DNA of 64,000 bases from a virus. A program made the translations under genes and the position numbers. Shown here in pieces: positions 1 through 9,898 of the stretch (positions are counted from its first letter, which is position 1; every line of letters begins with the position of its first letter). The notes under the pieces were generated by a model that was given only the letters and a program-made list of their open reading frames with translations, ran no database searches and was not told the DNA's origin. The stretch lies in IMG/VR virus record IMGVR_UViG_3300008954_000007. One strand, given 5' to 3'.

Positions 1-1
1 G

Positions 2-2599
2 ATTGGTGCTTTATTAGATAGTGAGTCTGAATATGAAGCAATAAAAGATGGCTTCAACACTGATGACAATTTAAATGAAATAGGGAAGCTTCTTGGCGTA
101 GATTATGATGGCAACACACTTTCCTCAGATTATGATTATATAAAATTTGGATTTGCCACTGTTGATAATCTTCTAACTATTGGTGGCATGTTAACTTCTG
201 CTAACAATTATGTTAACATAAAAAATGGTTTTGCTGAAAAGGAAGTTAATAATGTTACTGGAGAAACTAGACTTCAAACTATTGGTGGTTTACTAAGCAG
301 TAATGATGAACATGAAACCATAAAAAATGGATATGTAAATGCTGGATTTCTCACTAATGTTGGTGCTTTATTAGATCATGAGGATGAACATGAGTTAATA
401 AAATCAGGATATGCTACAGATGCTAATCTTGAAATTGTTGGTGGTTTAATAAACAGTAATGATGAACACTTAAAAATAAAAACAGCATATGCTACAGATG
501 CTAATCTTGAAATTATTGCTGGATATTTAACTAATGATGTAAGCACAATAAAAGGGCATTTTGTTAATCATGATGGTGGGTCAAATTTAGTTACTATAGG
601 TGGTCAATTAACTGATGATATAGATGCAATAAAAGGACATTTTGTTAATCATGATGGTGGGTCAAATTTAGTTACTATAGGTGGTAAATTAACTGATGAT
701 ATAGATGCAATAAAAGGACATTTTGCTACAGATGCTAATCTTGCAACTATTGGTGGTTTAATAAATACTGAGCCAGAACACTTAAAAATAAAAACAGCAT
801 ATGCCACAGATGCTAATCTTATAATTATTGGTGGCTTAATTACTGAACATGCAGCAATAAAATCTGCATATGCTACAGATGATAATCTTGAAACTATTGG
901 TGGTTTAATTACTGAACATGCAAAAGTAAAACTTGGATATGATACTGATGATAATTTAGGAGCTATTGGTGCTTTATTAATTACAGATAATGATTATGAA
1001 AAGATAGCACTAGGGTTTTCAACATTAGGTGGTTCTGATGCTGGTACTAGATTACAGACTGTAGGGGCTAATATAAACACCAATCATGATGAGATAGCAG
1101 CAGGTCTTACTTCAGAACAATTAGCTATTGTTGGTGCAAATATAAATGATACTGATACAGTAACATTAGCTGGTGGTGCTACTGCTACTCAACTTGAGTT
1201 TGTAGCTCAAAATATAGATTTAACTTCTACTGGATTATCAGGTATTACTGGCTTTTATGACAACATAGCGTTAGAGTTACACCAGTGGGATTATAATCAT
1301 GGTGTTAATACTCCATCAGGAAGTAAGTTTTATTTCTATAACAACTTAGCTGAATCTTTAAGTAATAGATCTCAATATGTGAATCCTAGTGATGATAGTG
1401 CAATACCATTTTATTCAAAACTAGCTCTTGGTTTACATAATACAGATGATTTTTACAGTAACATTTCATCAAGTATAGATATTGGAAATTTATCAATAAG
1501 CTATATAGATCTAGCTACAGCACTTTTAGCTGATGATACTTTTTGCCCTAGTTTAAGTTCAGTGCTTGATTTTTATGATGATTTAGCTAAAGGTTTTGAT
1601 GACACTAAATCCACTACAGGTTTCTATAATGAATTAGCTTCTGGATTTCATGATTTAGATAGTACCATTGGTGGAAGTGTTCCTGGAGCTATAGATTTCT
1701 ATGAGAATTTAGCTAATGGTGTAGCTTCTACTACAGCATTTCATGGATATATTGCTCTTGAACTAGCTGATACAGATAATTTTCATCCACTTTTAGCTGG
1801 TGGATTCTTTAATGCTTATTCTGTCAATGACGATGGTAAAATGGCAGGTGAAGTTCTTGTTGATGAATTGATAGACAATAGTGCTTTTATAGGTGTTTTA
1901 GCATCTAACATAGCAACATCTACAGATTTTTTAGATGCTTTAGTTGAGTGGGAAGACTCTCCACATACTTTCTGGTCAAAACTAGCAGCAGAAATAGATT
2001 TAGCAACTTTATCCAGTCATCTTACGCCTATTAATACATTATCACAAGAGAATATGTATGGTCAAAAAACTATTTCATTAAAATTCCCTAATGATGTACA
2101 TAGTGATCCAGACAATGATCTTGTAATTGATCATACTCATGATTTTTCTGAAAACATAAGTGTATCTGGTTATGCTGATTCTACACAAGTAGATTCTTCA
2201 GGAACTGTTGCAGGAACAACAGATTATTGGCCTAGTGGGGGATACAGTAATCCTTCAGATATTAGATGGAAAGAAAACATTTCTAATTTAACAGAAAGTT
2301 CGCTGGATAAACTTTCTAAATTAGAAGTATTCAATTATGTTTGGAAGAAAGATAGACCATTTGCAGTTGTAGCACCAGAGAAAATTAAGGTAGGTATTTC
2401 AGCCCAATCATTAGAAGAACAATATCCTGAATTAATATATGAAGTTAATGGGGTCAAGAACATTGATACTTTGGGCTTAACCACTACAGTCATTAAAGCT
2501 ACTCAAGAACTTAAAGAAGAAAATCAACAATTAAAGAAAGAGAATCAAGAACTAAAAGACAAGGTTGAGAGGTTGTATAAGCACTTAGGACTTAATTGA
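2..2599 (+). CDS. Tail fibre/spike-like protein with ~23-27 aa tandem repeats and a C-terminal intramolecular chaperone (peptidase S74); 5' end lies outside the window
   Basis: Frame is open from base 2. Repeats IKxxYATDANLxxIGGL. C-terminal SDIRWKENI...GISAQSLEEQYPELI followed by a coiled coil. Confidence 0.75.
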   Translation: MGALLDSESEYEAIKDGFNTDDNLNEIGKLLGVDYDGNTLSSDYDYIKFGFATVDNLLTIGGMLTSANNYVNIKNGFAEKEVNNVTGETRLQTIGGLLSSNDEHETIKNGYVNAGFLTNVGALLDHEDEHELIKSGYATDANLEIVGGLINSNDEHLKIKTAYATDANLEIIAGYLTNDVSTIKGHFVNHDGGSNLVTIGGQLTDDIDAIKGHFVNHDGGSNLVTIGGKLTDDIDAIKGHFATDANLATIGGLINTEPEHLKIKTAYATDANLIIIGGLITEHAAIKSAYATDDNLETIGGLITEHAKVKLGYDTDDNLGAIGALLITDNDYEKIALGFSTLGGSDAGTRLQTVGANINTNHDEIAAGLTSEQLAIVGANINDTDTVTLAGGATATQLEFVAQNIDLTSTGLSGITGFYDNIALELHQWDYNHGVNTPSGSKFYFYNNLAESLSNRSQYVNPSDDSAIPFYSKLALGLHNTDDFYSNISSSIDIGNLSISYIDLATALLADDTFCPSLSSVLDFYDDLAKGFDDTKSTTGFYNELASGFHDLDSTIGGSVPGAIDFYENLANGVASTTAFHGYIALELADTDNFHPLLAGGFFNAYSVNDDGKMAGEVLVDELIDNSAFIGVLASNIATSTDFLDALVEWEDSPHTFWSKLAAEIDLATLSSHLTPINTLSQENMYGQKTISLKFPNDVHSDPDNDLVIDHTHDFSENISVSGYADSTQVDSSGTVAGTTDYWPSGGYSNPSDIRWKENISNLTESSLDKLSKLEVFNYVWKKDRPFAVVAPEKIKVGISAQSLEEQYPELIYEVNGVKNIDTLGLTTTVIKATQELKEENQQLKKENQELKDKVERLYKHLGLN
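546..725 (+). repeat. Near-exact 81-bp tandem duplication inside the fibre gene
   Basis: caataaaagg(g/a)cattttg starts at 546, 627 and 708. Confidence 0.9.
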
Positions 2600-2632
2600 A
2601 TTCTATATAAAAATGGGGTAAGATATAGTAAT

Positions 2633-2662
2633 TTTACAAATAGGCAATGAATCATGTATAAT
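2633..2662 (+). promoter_or_regulatory. Sigma70-type promoter
   Basis: TTTACA (2633)-N18-TATAAT (2657). Confidence 0.65.
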
Positions 2663-2668
2663 AGTCAA

Positions 2669-2717
2669 GCCCTATTTTGTTTTTTGACTCCTTTTTGAAT
2701 TTCAAAATAGGGCATTT
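2669..2717 (+). ncRNA. Candidate hairpin sRNA or leader with a loop antisense to the AAAAAGGAGUC RBS
   Basis: 11-bp stem gccctattttg/caaaatagggc begins at the expected +1. Loop holds TTGACTCCTTTTT. Followed by ATTTT. Confidence 0.55.
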
Positions 2718-2722
2718 TAATT

Positions 2723-2965
2723 ATGCAGATAACAAGAAATATTAAAATAGATATTCCTGATTTAAAGATGAATCAATCTCATCTTAACTATATGGCACAA
2801 CAACATGCAGTTCAATTTTTAAGCACTAAAGATTATTATAATGTTACTACACTTCAAGCTAGAAGCATTAGGGCTGAAGGTAGATTAAACAGTGCTAAAA
2901 TTCATCTTGAAGGGAATCAAAATTTCATTACTAAAATATCAGATCATGTGTTAGAGGACTTTTAA
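2723..2965 (+). CDS. Hypothetical protein, head-tail region
   Basis: ORF coupled to the next gene by TAATG. Confidence 0.6.
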   Translation: MQITRNIKIDIPDLKMNQSHLNYMAQQHAVQFLSTKDYYNVTTLQARSIRAEGRLNSAKIHLEGNQNFITKISDHVLEDF

Positions 2966-3528
2966 TGGCATTTAGTGTAACCTCAGACATATATAAGACT
3001 ATATTTGAAACACTAGTAAGTGAAAGTGATGGTGGTGAGCTAGATTATGTAACTACTTTTCAATCTAGGTTTTACCCTGTAAGAAGGGAAATGGAATATA
3101 ACGCTTTATATCCCTATGTGTTCTTAAGTTTTTCAGGCACATCAAATGAAGAATTACACTCCATGCCACAAATGCATCAATATACTAGCACTATTAGTGT
3201 GGTGGTGTTAACTTGGAATGAGGGTGATGTAAATGTTCAAACAGATGCAGGAGATCTAAATCAAGATGCAGGTTATGTTGATTTAGAAAGCAAGGGTGTT
3301 TTAGAGGTTATTGAGGATATTAAGAGGGTAATTTATACTACCCATAAAGTTAATAGATTTGGATATAGTGAAGGTGAAAAAAGAATTGCTATGTCTGCAG
3401 ATATAGATTGGAACTTTGGCACAGTAGAAAGTCCTACTGTAACAAGCTTACAACCATTGTTGTTAAGTCCTTACATTGAGGCTAAACAATTAAACATTAA
3501 TATTACCATTAGGGAAGGTAGAATATAA
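2965..3528 (+). CDS. Putative tail terminator/completion protein
   Basis: Position directly before the tail tube. YPYVFL and terminal beta-strand pattern. Confidence 0.5.
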   Translation: MAFSVTSDIYKTIFETLVSESDGGELDYVTTFQSRFYPVRREMEYNALYPYVFLSFSGTSNEELHSMPQMHQYTSTISVVVLTWNEGDVNVQTDAGDLNQDAGYVDLESKGVLEVIEDIKRVIYTTHKVNRFGYSEGEKRIAMSADIDWNFGTVESPTVTSLQPLLLSPYIEAKQLNINITIREGRI

Positions 3529-3538
3529 GGGGTTCAAA

Positions 3539-4753
3539 ATGGCAACATTTGCAAGATTTTCATCAGGAGCTATAGGTTTAGGCTCAAGATTGTTCTTAGG
3601 GGAAGAAACTGCATGGGGAGATGCAGTTACAGAACTAAAAACATATAACATCTATAATCAACCTGGTCAAAGACCAGTAAAAACTACTACACCAATTGAT
3701 GTTCCACAGCTTTATCCATCAATGTTGAGAAGAAAACCCATTAAGAGTTCAGTATCTGTAGAGGGTTCCTATACTTTCTCTTTACCTAAAACGAATATAG
3801 CTGATTTTCTTACTTTAATTTTAGGTGATGATGATGGAACAGGTGGAGTTTATGCCTTGAAGCCTTATAACACTAATAGTTGGACTATAATTCAAACAAT
3901 TGGTGATACTAGGATTGCTAGATATACTGGAATGAAAGCTCAATCCATGACTTTAAATATTACAGCAGATGCTGTAGCTTCTTTTGATGTTGCTTTCTTA
4001 GGTAAAGATGAAGAGGTAGATACACCACTTAATGCAAATGGAGATGGTTCTAGTACTGGTTGGTTTACATTTGGTGGTGCTTATGCAGCACCTTTTGCAT
4101 TAACAGATGGAAAAATATCTGGTTGGGCCAATAATGATTTTAGAACTGGATTAGATGAATTTGATGCTGCTGGTGCAGCAGGTACAGATAGTGTTTTTGC
4201 TACATATGACAACTTTGTAGATTATTTCCCATCTTGGAGTGCTACTTTAAGGGTACAAAAATTAGGTTCGCCTAATACAAATGTTGCTGGTAGTGCTTTA
4301 TCAACTACGCCTATTGATGAAGACAACACTATTGTTCCATTTTCAGATCTAAGTCTAACTGTTAATAATGCATTAGAGTTTCCCACTTACATCAATGGAA
4401 CCATTAACAGGAATGAACCTGTTCAAACTAGCTATAAAGAAGTAACTGGCACAATGACAGTTCCATTCAATGAATTCACTGAAAAATTTATTGAAGATGG
4501 GATCTTTAAACAGGAAAATTATATAGCTACTATCAGTTTTACTGATCCAGATGGTGGCTCTAGTGCTGTAGAATTTAAACTACCAAACTTCTGTGTTACA
4601 GGGGATGGTGGTTTACCAGATATTCCAGAAGGTGAGGTTACTTTACCATTGTCTTTTGGTGCTTATGCAGCTTTAGATAATAATGATACTAGTTTTGCTG
4701 ATGGTAATCCTGAAGGAACAGAAGCTCCTTTAGTAGTTACAGTTACTGCTTAA
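3539..4753 (+). CDS. Major tail tube protein (paralogue 1)
   Basis: GSRLFLGEETAWG N-motif, YTGMKAQSMTLNI, EVTGTMTVPF, position before chaperone and tape measure. Confidence 0.75.
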   Translation: MATFARFSSGAIGLGSRLFLGEETAWGDAVTELKTYNIYNQPGQRPVKTTTPIDVPQLYPSMLRRKPIKSSVSVEGSYTFSLPKTNIADFLTLILGDDDGTGGVYALKPYNTNSWTIIQTIGDTRIARYTGMKAQSMTLNITADAVASFDVAFLGKDEEVDTPLNANGDGSSTGWFTFGGAYAAPFALTDGKISGWANNDFRTGLDEFDAAGAAGTDSVFATYDNFVDYFPSWSATLRVQKLGSPNTNVAGSALSTTPIDEDNTIVPFSDLSLTVNNALEFPTYINGTINRNEPVQTSYKEVTGTMTVPFNEFTEKFIEDGIFKQENYIATISFTDPDGGSSAVEFKLPNFCVTGDGGLPDIPEGEVTLPLSFGAYAALDNNDTSFADGNPEGTEAPLVVTVTA

Positions 4754-5817
4754 TGGCTATATATGATCTAAGAGAAGACCCTTCAAGTCTTCTCAGTGGA
4801 ATTAATTCAAGATTGTTCGTTAGAGAAGAGGACGTATATGGAGAACCATATGTTAATGGACTCATCTTTGAGGATTATTATCTTGGATTAATTCCTGGAT
4901 CAGTTATCACTAAAGAGCAATCTTTAATAGAAATAGATTCTTTTACTGGAGAAAAAAGTTATTTCCCTCATCAGTTTGGTAAAAAAACTACTGGTGGGGT
5001 TTATGGGTTTCACCTTAATTGTCAAACTCTTGATAAACTATTTCTTCATGCATTAGGTGAACAAAATAGTAAAGTTTTAGATTTCAGTGTAGATAGAAAA
5101 GAATTCTTAGACTATGGTTTGGGTTTTTTACAAGTAGTAGATAGTAGTACAGAAGATCAAGGATATGTTAGTTATTTTTCTGGAAATAGAATCTCAAGTC
5201 TCACCATAGTATGTGCTGGTAATGAAACATTAATAAATGTTTTATTTACTTTTGTAGGTAATGATGCTCAGTTTTTTAATAAGAGTGAAGTAATAACCCC
5301 TAATGATGCTACTAAGATAGTTGAAAATGTGTTTCCATCTTGGAATTCTCAATTATCTTTAACTAAGATTCCTAATGGGGATAGTTTTATTTTGGCTTTT
5401 AAAGATCTTGAAATAACAATAGAAAACAATCCCATAATTCCTGATTATTTTGATGGTGGGGATACAATAAAAGAAATACAATTAGGTAGAAGAAGAGTGT
5501 CAGGTAGATTTACATTACCATTGTCTTCTAAGAATTCTACTCAAAATACAATTAGGTTTATCAATGATTATTTCAACCAATCCAATTTCTTGATGCATTT
5601 CACTTGTTATAATGAAGATTACGAACAGGGATCTGTTGATCCTTTAACAGGAGATTCAGTCCACATTACGCTTCCCAATGTAGTGTTTTCAGCAGATACT
5701 ACACCTAAAAATATGGATTATGGAATATTAGGTTTTGATGTTGAATTTATAGCATACCCACTACAACAAGGTGAGTCAGAAATCGAATATGATTTAATTC
5801 CATATACTGGAGTATAA
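4753..5817 (+). CDS. Tail tube-like protein (paralogue 2)
   Basis: GINSRLFVREEDVYG, FSGNRISSLTI, GRRRVSGRFTLP. Confidence 0.7.
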   Translation: MAIYDLREDPSSLLSGINSRLFVREEDVYGEPYVNGLIFEDYYLGLIPGSVITKEQSLIEIDSFTGEKSYFPHQFGKKTTGGVYGFHLNCQTLDKLFLHALGEQNSKVLDFSVDRKEFLDYGLGFLQVVDSSTEDQGYVSYFSGNRISSLTIVCAGNETLINVLFTFVGNDAQFFNKSEVITPNDATKIVENVFPSWNSQLSLTKIPNGDSFILAFKDLEITIENNPIIPDYFDGGDTIKEIQLGRRRVSGRFTLPLSSKNSTQNTIRFINDYFNQSNFLMHFTCYNEDYEQGSVDPLTGDSVHITLPNVVFSADTTPKNMDYGILGFDVEFIAYPLQQGESEIEYDLIPYTGV

Positions 5818-5819
5818 GT

Positions 5820-7121
5820 ATGTATTTAACAGGCACTAATCATAGACTCTACATAGGAGAAGAAGCAACTTGGGCTGAAATGCCAACTAAAACAGGGGGT
5901 GTATATGCATCTGTGGACTTTAGTAGCGTATTTAAGCATCCCACTCTTTTTATTAACCCAGGATCAAGACCTGCAATGCAATCCTCTATTTTAGAAGCAG
6001 AATCTTTGGGTTTTACTATTAGTGCTGGAGAATCAAAAACTTCTGTAGCTGGTGGATTTTCTTTTTATCTCCCTAGTTTTAAAAATCAAACTACAGTGGG
6101 TATGATGATTTTAATTAAACACCTAATGGGAAGATTAGATTATCCAACTGGAAGTACTGGTAATTTACAATCATATGTTCCAGAAGATAATAAAAAATAT
6201 GAGTGTAAATTAACCACTGGTGATGATGCTATAGATTATTTTGAAACTAGTGGAAATCAAGAGAAAAATTCTAGCCTTACTATGTTGTCATGTTTGAACC
6301 AAGACAAACAAATATACTTATACAGGGGCGTTAAAGTTACAGGAATGACCATTAGTGCTCCAGATTCTAATTCAGTCATCTCTGTAGATTTTACTTTTTT
6401 AGCTAAAGAAGTCTTAAAATGTAAAACAAATACTAATTCTACATTAACTTTTGAAGATGACACTTCTTTTACTGGTTTTAACCCTACAGATATTGCTCCA
6501 TCAGGATTTATTGCAGCCACTACTGGACAGATAGCAAGTTTTTACTATGGTGCTGCTGCTGATGATCAGTCTACTTATCCCTCATTTAATGATGTAGCCA
6601 ATACTTGGGGTGTTGGTAAGCCAAATGGTGCAGATAAACCCTTTACTGGATTTAGTTTGAGCATTCAAAAACCAATGGATATGATACCATTGTTTGGTGG
6701 ATCTAAAGTTACTTATACAAATGGAGTCATTGATTTACCAACTAAAAAAGATCAAAATATCATTAGTGTTCCACCAGGAATGTCTGGAAGTAAGACAGTT
6801 ACTGGTTCTTTCTCTGTTCCACTACAGACTTTTGATTCTTCTATTTTTATTGGTGAGGACAATAATTATTTAAGTTTATTTAGAAAAATAATTACGAAAG
6901 AAGTTGAACCAGTAGGTAATGAAAAATTGAGCTTTAAGTTTGGGGATAGTACAACATCTACTTTTGAGTTTGAATTTAAAAACATAAGGTTTGCAGGTGT
7001 AGACTTCACTGATATAGGTGAAGATGTAATTGACATACCTATTGAATTCTCAGCTTTACCTGTAGCTAATGAACATACAATTAATTCTTTAGAGAATTGT
7101 CAGATTAACATTACCATTTAG
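5820..7121 (+). CDS. Tail tube-like protein (paralogue 3)
   Basis: GTNHRLYIGEEATWA, YRGVKVTGMTI, GSKTVTGSFSVP. Confidence 0.7.
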   Translation: MYLTGTNHRLYIGEEATWAEMPTKTGGVYASVDFSSVFKHPTLFINPGSRPAMQSSILEAESLGFTISAGESKTSVAGGFSFYLPSFKNQTTVGMMILIKHLMGRLDYPTGSTGNLQSYVPEDNKKYECKLTTGDDAIDYFETSGNQEKNSSLTMLSCLNQDKQIYLYRGVKVTGMTISAPDSNSVISVDFTFLAKEVLKCKTNTNSTLTFEDDTSFTGFNPTDIAPSGFIAATTGQIASFYYGAAADDQSTYPSFNDVANTWGVGKPNGADKPFTGFSLSIQKPMDMIPLFGGSKVTYTNGVIDLPTKKDQNIISVPPGMSGSKTVTGSFSVPLQTFDSSIFIGEDNNYLSLFRKIITKEVEPVGNEKLSFKFGDSTTSTFEFEFKNIRFAGVDFTDIGEDVIDIPIEFSALPVANEHTINSLENCQINITI

Positions 7122-7130
7122 GAGATAATC

Positions 7131-8429
7131 ATGGCTATAACAGGTGCTGGTGCAGCATATATTTATATTAGAGAAGAAGGATTTAAAAAAGCTGATAATA
7201 CTTATATAGATGGTTATGGCTATGGTATGATGAAGCCAGATGGAGTAACTTCATATTTTAAAGAAGATAAACTTACAGGGTTTTTTGAACAACAAACAGC
7301 ATTAAGTGATGACAGTATTCCTGTTTTAACAGATTTAGATGACAATAAAACCCCTGTTGTTGATGCAATGATTAGTGCTGGTACAATGCCTAGTAAAACT
7401 CATCAAAGATTTCACCCCAGGTCTTTAGGCTATAGATATGATATGAATAAAAGTTATATGTCTAAACATACAGTAGAGGGTGGATATAACTTTTATGTCA
7501 GTCAAGCACCATTTTTCAAAGAATTGTTTAACTTAGTCTACCCTGATAATGTTAATGAAGAATTGAAGTCATATGCTATATTTCACCCATTAGAAAAAAT
7601 TGGTGAAGATGATGCTAAGGGTTATGTTTTTACAGGCATGATGGCTAATCAATTTAATTTTAACATACCAAATCAAGATGCTTTTCCAGATGCATCTATC
7701 AGTTTTATGGGTCAAGATGCTATTGTCTATACTAATGTCACCAGCGTTAGTACAGACATTACTGACGAAGAGAGGCTATCTAAAAGAGAATTTAATCCAG
7801 GCACACCACTAGTAGCATGGAATTCTTTAATCACAATACAAGAAGTTGCAAGAGGAGTGATAGGAACTCCTGCTTCTGGAGACTATAATCCTGATACTGA
7901 AGAAGGAACTCCTGCTTCTACAGACTATAATACTGATGGTGAATTACCATTTAGTAATAACAATTTTTTACCAGAACTTCCATTTGATATATTTGATTTT
8001 ACTTTAAATGTAAATAACAATTTGATAGTTCCAGATTATTTAGATAACAGTCAATTTAGACAAAGACCAATTTCTGGAGTTAGAGAAATAACTGGAAGTT
8101 TTACTTTGGGATTGGATTTAGACTCAGTTGCAAGTCTTGTAAAAAATGATGTACTAGATGGATCTCAAGAACTTAATGTTCAATATATGCTTGAGAAATA
8201 TTTATTTAGTTCTGATCTTGACAATACTCAAAAAAGAATTAAAGTAAGACTATATGAAGGAAGTGGAGATAATTTACAGATGGTTGATTTAACTTTAAAT
8301 AATGTTATTTTTGAACAAGGTGGAACGCCATCAGATTTAAATATAAATTATTTAAGGGTTCCTATGACCTATAGGGCTATATCTAGAAAGCTTGATGAAC
8401 CAGAAATTAGTTTAAGTCTCACTCAATAA
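7131..8429 (+). CDS. Tail tube-like protein (paralogue 4)
   Basis: GAAYIYIREEG, FTGMMANQFNFNI, GVREITGSFTLG. Confidence 0.7.
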   Translation: MAITGAGAAYIYIREEGFKKADNTYIDGYGYGMMKPDGVTSYFKEDKLTGFFEQQTALSDDSIPVLTDLDDNKTPVVDAMISAGTMPSKTHQRFHPRSLGYRYDMNKSYMSKHTVEGGYNFYVSQAPFFKELFNLVYPDNVNEELKSYAIFHPLEKIGEDDAKGYVFTGMMANQFNFNIPNQDAFPDASISFMGQDAIVYTNVTSVSTDITDEERLSKREFNPGTPLVAWNSLITIQEVARGVIGTPASGDYNPDTEEGTPASTDYNTDGELPFSNNNFLPELPFDIFDFTLNVNNNLIVPDYLDNSQFRQRPISGVREITGSFTLGLDLDSVASLVKNDVLDGSQELNVQYMLEKYLFSSDLDNTQKRIKVRLYEGSGDNLQMVDLTLNNVIFEQGGTPSDLNINYLRVPMTYRAISRKLDEPEISLSLTQ

Positions 8430-9094
8430 TGATTTTTATAGATACAGTGTTGCCTAAGACTTTAAAACATGCAACACCCACTAACTACTTTTCTTTAGGG
8501 GAATCTAAAACTATAGGTAAGTTTTTTGTGAGAACTGAAGACTTAAATAAAGTTTTTAATTTTTCTAATGAGAATAATGTGCCATCAAGTGTGGGAAATT
8601 ATATCTCAAATGATGAATTCAATAATATTGTTTATTTTATTGATGAAGTAGATGAACATCTTAACATCAATGTTGAGACATTTAGATATGGATCAGCAAC
8701 TGAAAATTTAGAAATATACCCATTGTCTGATGATAGGATTACTCTTTCAGCAATGAACAATAATATGCCTATAGGCATGAGAGTTAATAAAACATTTCCT
8801 GGAAAGAAGGGCTACACCTTATATGATGGAACTTATGTTAGCTATACACCCAATCAAAAACATATCGTTGCTTTCAGTTTTGATTTCTTGCCAGAATCAA
8901 CCTATGATAAGTTAATTGGATTAGTAGACAAGGAAGTAGTTATTTCTCCAGAGCCTATTTCAACCCCAAAAGTCTCACCTTTTGAAGGTCAATCGTTTGT
9001 TTGTCAATTGCAGAACAATAATTTAGAGTTTGATTACACTATTCCAGTTAAAGGAGCAGGTTATAAAGGAACTCTAACATTTTTAGAATCTTAG
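8429..9094 (+). CDS. Tail protein, possibly distal-tail-like
   Basis: Position in the tail operon, beta-rich C-half. Confidence 0.4.
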   Translation: MIFIDTVLPKTLKHATPTNYFSLGESKTIGKFFVRTEDLNKVFNFSNENNVPSSVGNYISNDEFNNIVYFIDEVDEHLNINVETFRYGSATENLEIYPLSDDRITLSAMNNNMPIGMRVNKTFPGKKGYTLYDGTYVSYTPNQKHIVAFSFDFLPESTYDKLIGLVDKEVVISPEPISTPKVSPFEGQSFVCQLQNNNLEFDYTIPVKGAGYKGTLTFLES

Positions 9095-9115
9095 CCAAAA
9101 AAAAGGAGTCATTTT

Positions 9116-9709
9116 ATGGCAAGAAGAGGAAGACCCCCCAAAAACCCTGTAGAGGGGGTTGTTAATGAAGAAGTAGTGCCAGAGGCTACTGAAGAAGAAG
9201 AAGTTACACCAGAAGAAGATTTAACCCCTTCTGAAGAGACTGAAGAAGAAACACCAGTTGAAGATAAACCAGCACCTCTAGCTAGTAGAGATGCACTTAT
9301 TAAGAAAAGATATAGAGAAGGTGTAGTTACTACTAGCATGGATCGTTCTTTTGAAATAAAATCAATAGATCCTAAAACAATGTTGTTAACTAGAGGTACA
9401 GCATTCTTACCAGCATTTAACGATTTTTTGGTAGACCCTAATCCTCAAGCTATTGGAAATCCAGAAATACAAAGTTTTGTTAAAGACATAGTATGTAAGG
9501 CAGTAACGTCTATTAATTTTGTAGATAAGGAATTAGAAAATTGCACTGAAGAAGAAACACCAGTTGAAGTATTAGATATTGATGAACAAGTGGAAATATT
9601 TGGTGCTGTTATGGAACTCTGCTCTACAGAGGAGGAGAGAGAGGAATGGTCGTTTTTTCCTGGCAGGATTGAAGAAACCACAGATGATCAATTGCCTGAT
9701 AGAGATTGA
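9116..9709 (+). CDS. Tail assembly chaperone (gpG-like)
   Basis: Lies between tube and tape measure genes, has a strong RBS and overlaps a second-frame ORF. Confidence 0.65.
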   Translation: MARRGRPPKNPVEGVVNEEVVPEATEEEEVTPEEDLTPSEETEEETPVEDKPAPLASRDALIKKRYREGVVTTSMDRSFEIKSIDPKTMLLTRGTAFLPAFNDFLVDPNPQAIGNPEIQSFVKDIVCKAVTSINFVDKELENCTEEETPVEVLDIDEQVEIFGAVMELCSTEEEREEWSFFPGRIEETTDDQLPDRD

Positions 9710-9872
9710 TGTAATAGCTAGAAGGTATAATCTTAATCCAGTTGATCTATTATTTACTGATTGTGAAAATGAGTTTCTCAGATTGGCCTATATTAGGAAA
9801 ATTGCAGAAATTGGAATAGAACAAGAAAACAAAGCTTATGAACAAGCACAAAGAAATGCCCCATCTTCCTAG
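9653..9872 (+). CDS. Frameshift extension of the tail chaperone (gpGT-like, +1/-2 frame)
   Basis: Overlapping ORF 9579-9872. Slippery TTT TTT C at 9653-9659. Confidence 0.55.
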
Positions 9873-9885
9873 TGGGGCATTTTTT
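9854..9885 (+). terminator. Intrinsic terminator or attenuator before the tape measure gene
   Basis: aaatgcccca/tggggcattt followed by a T run. Confidence 0.7.
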
Positions 9886-9898
9886 GTAGGAGAATAAA

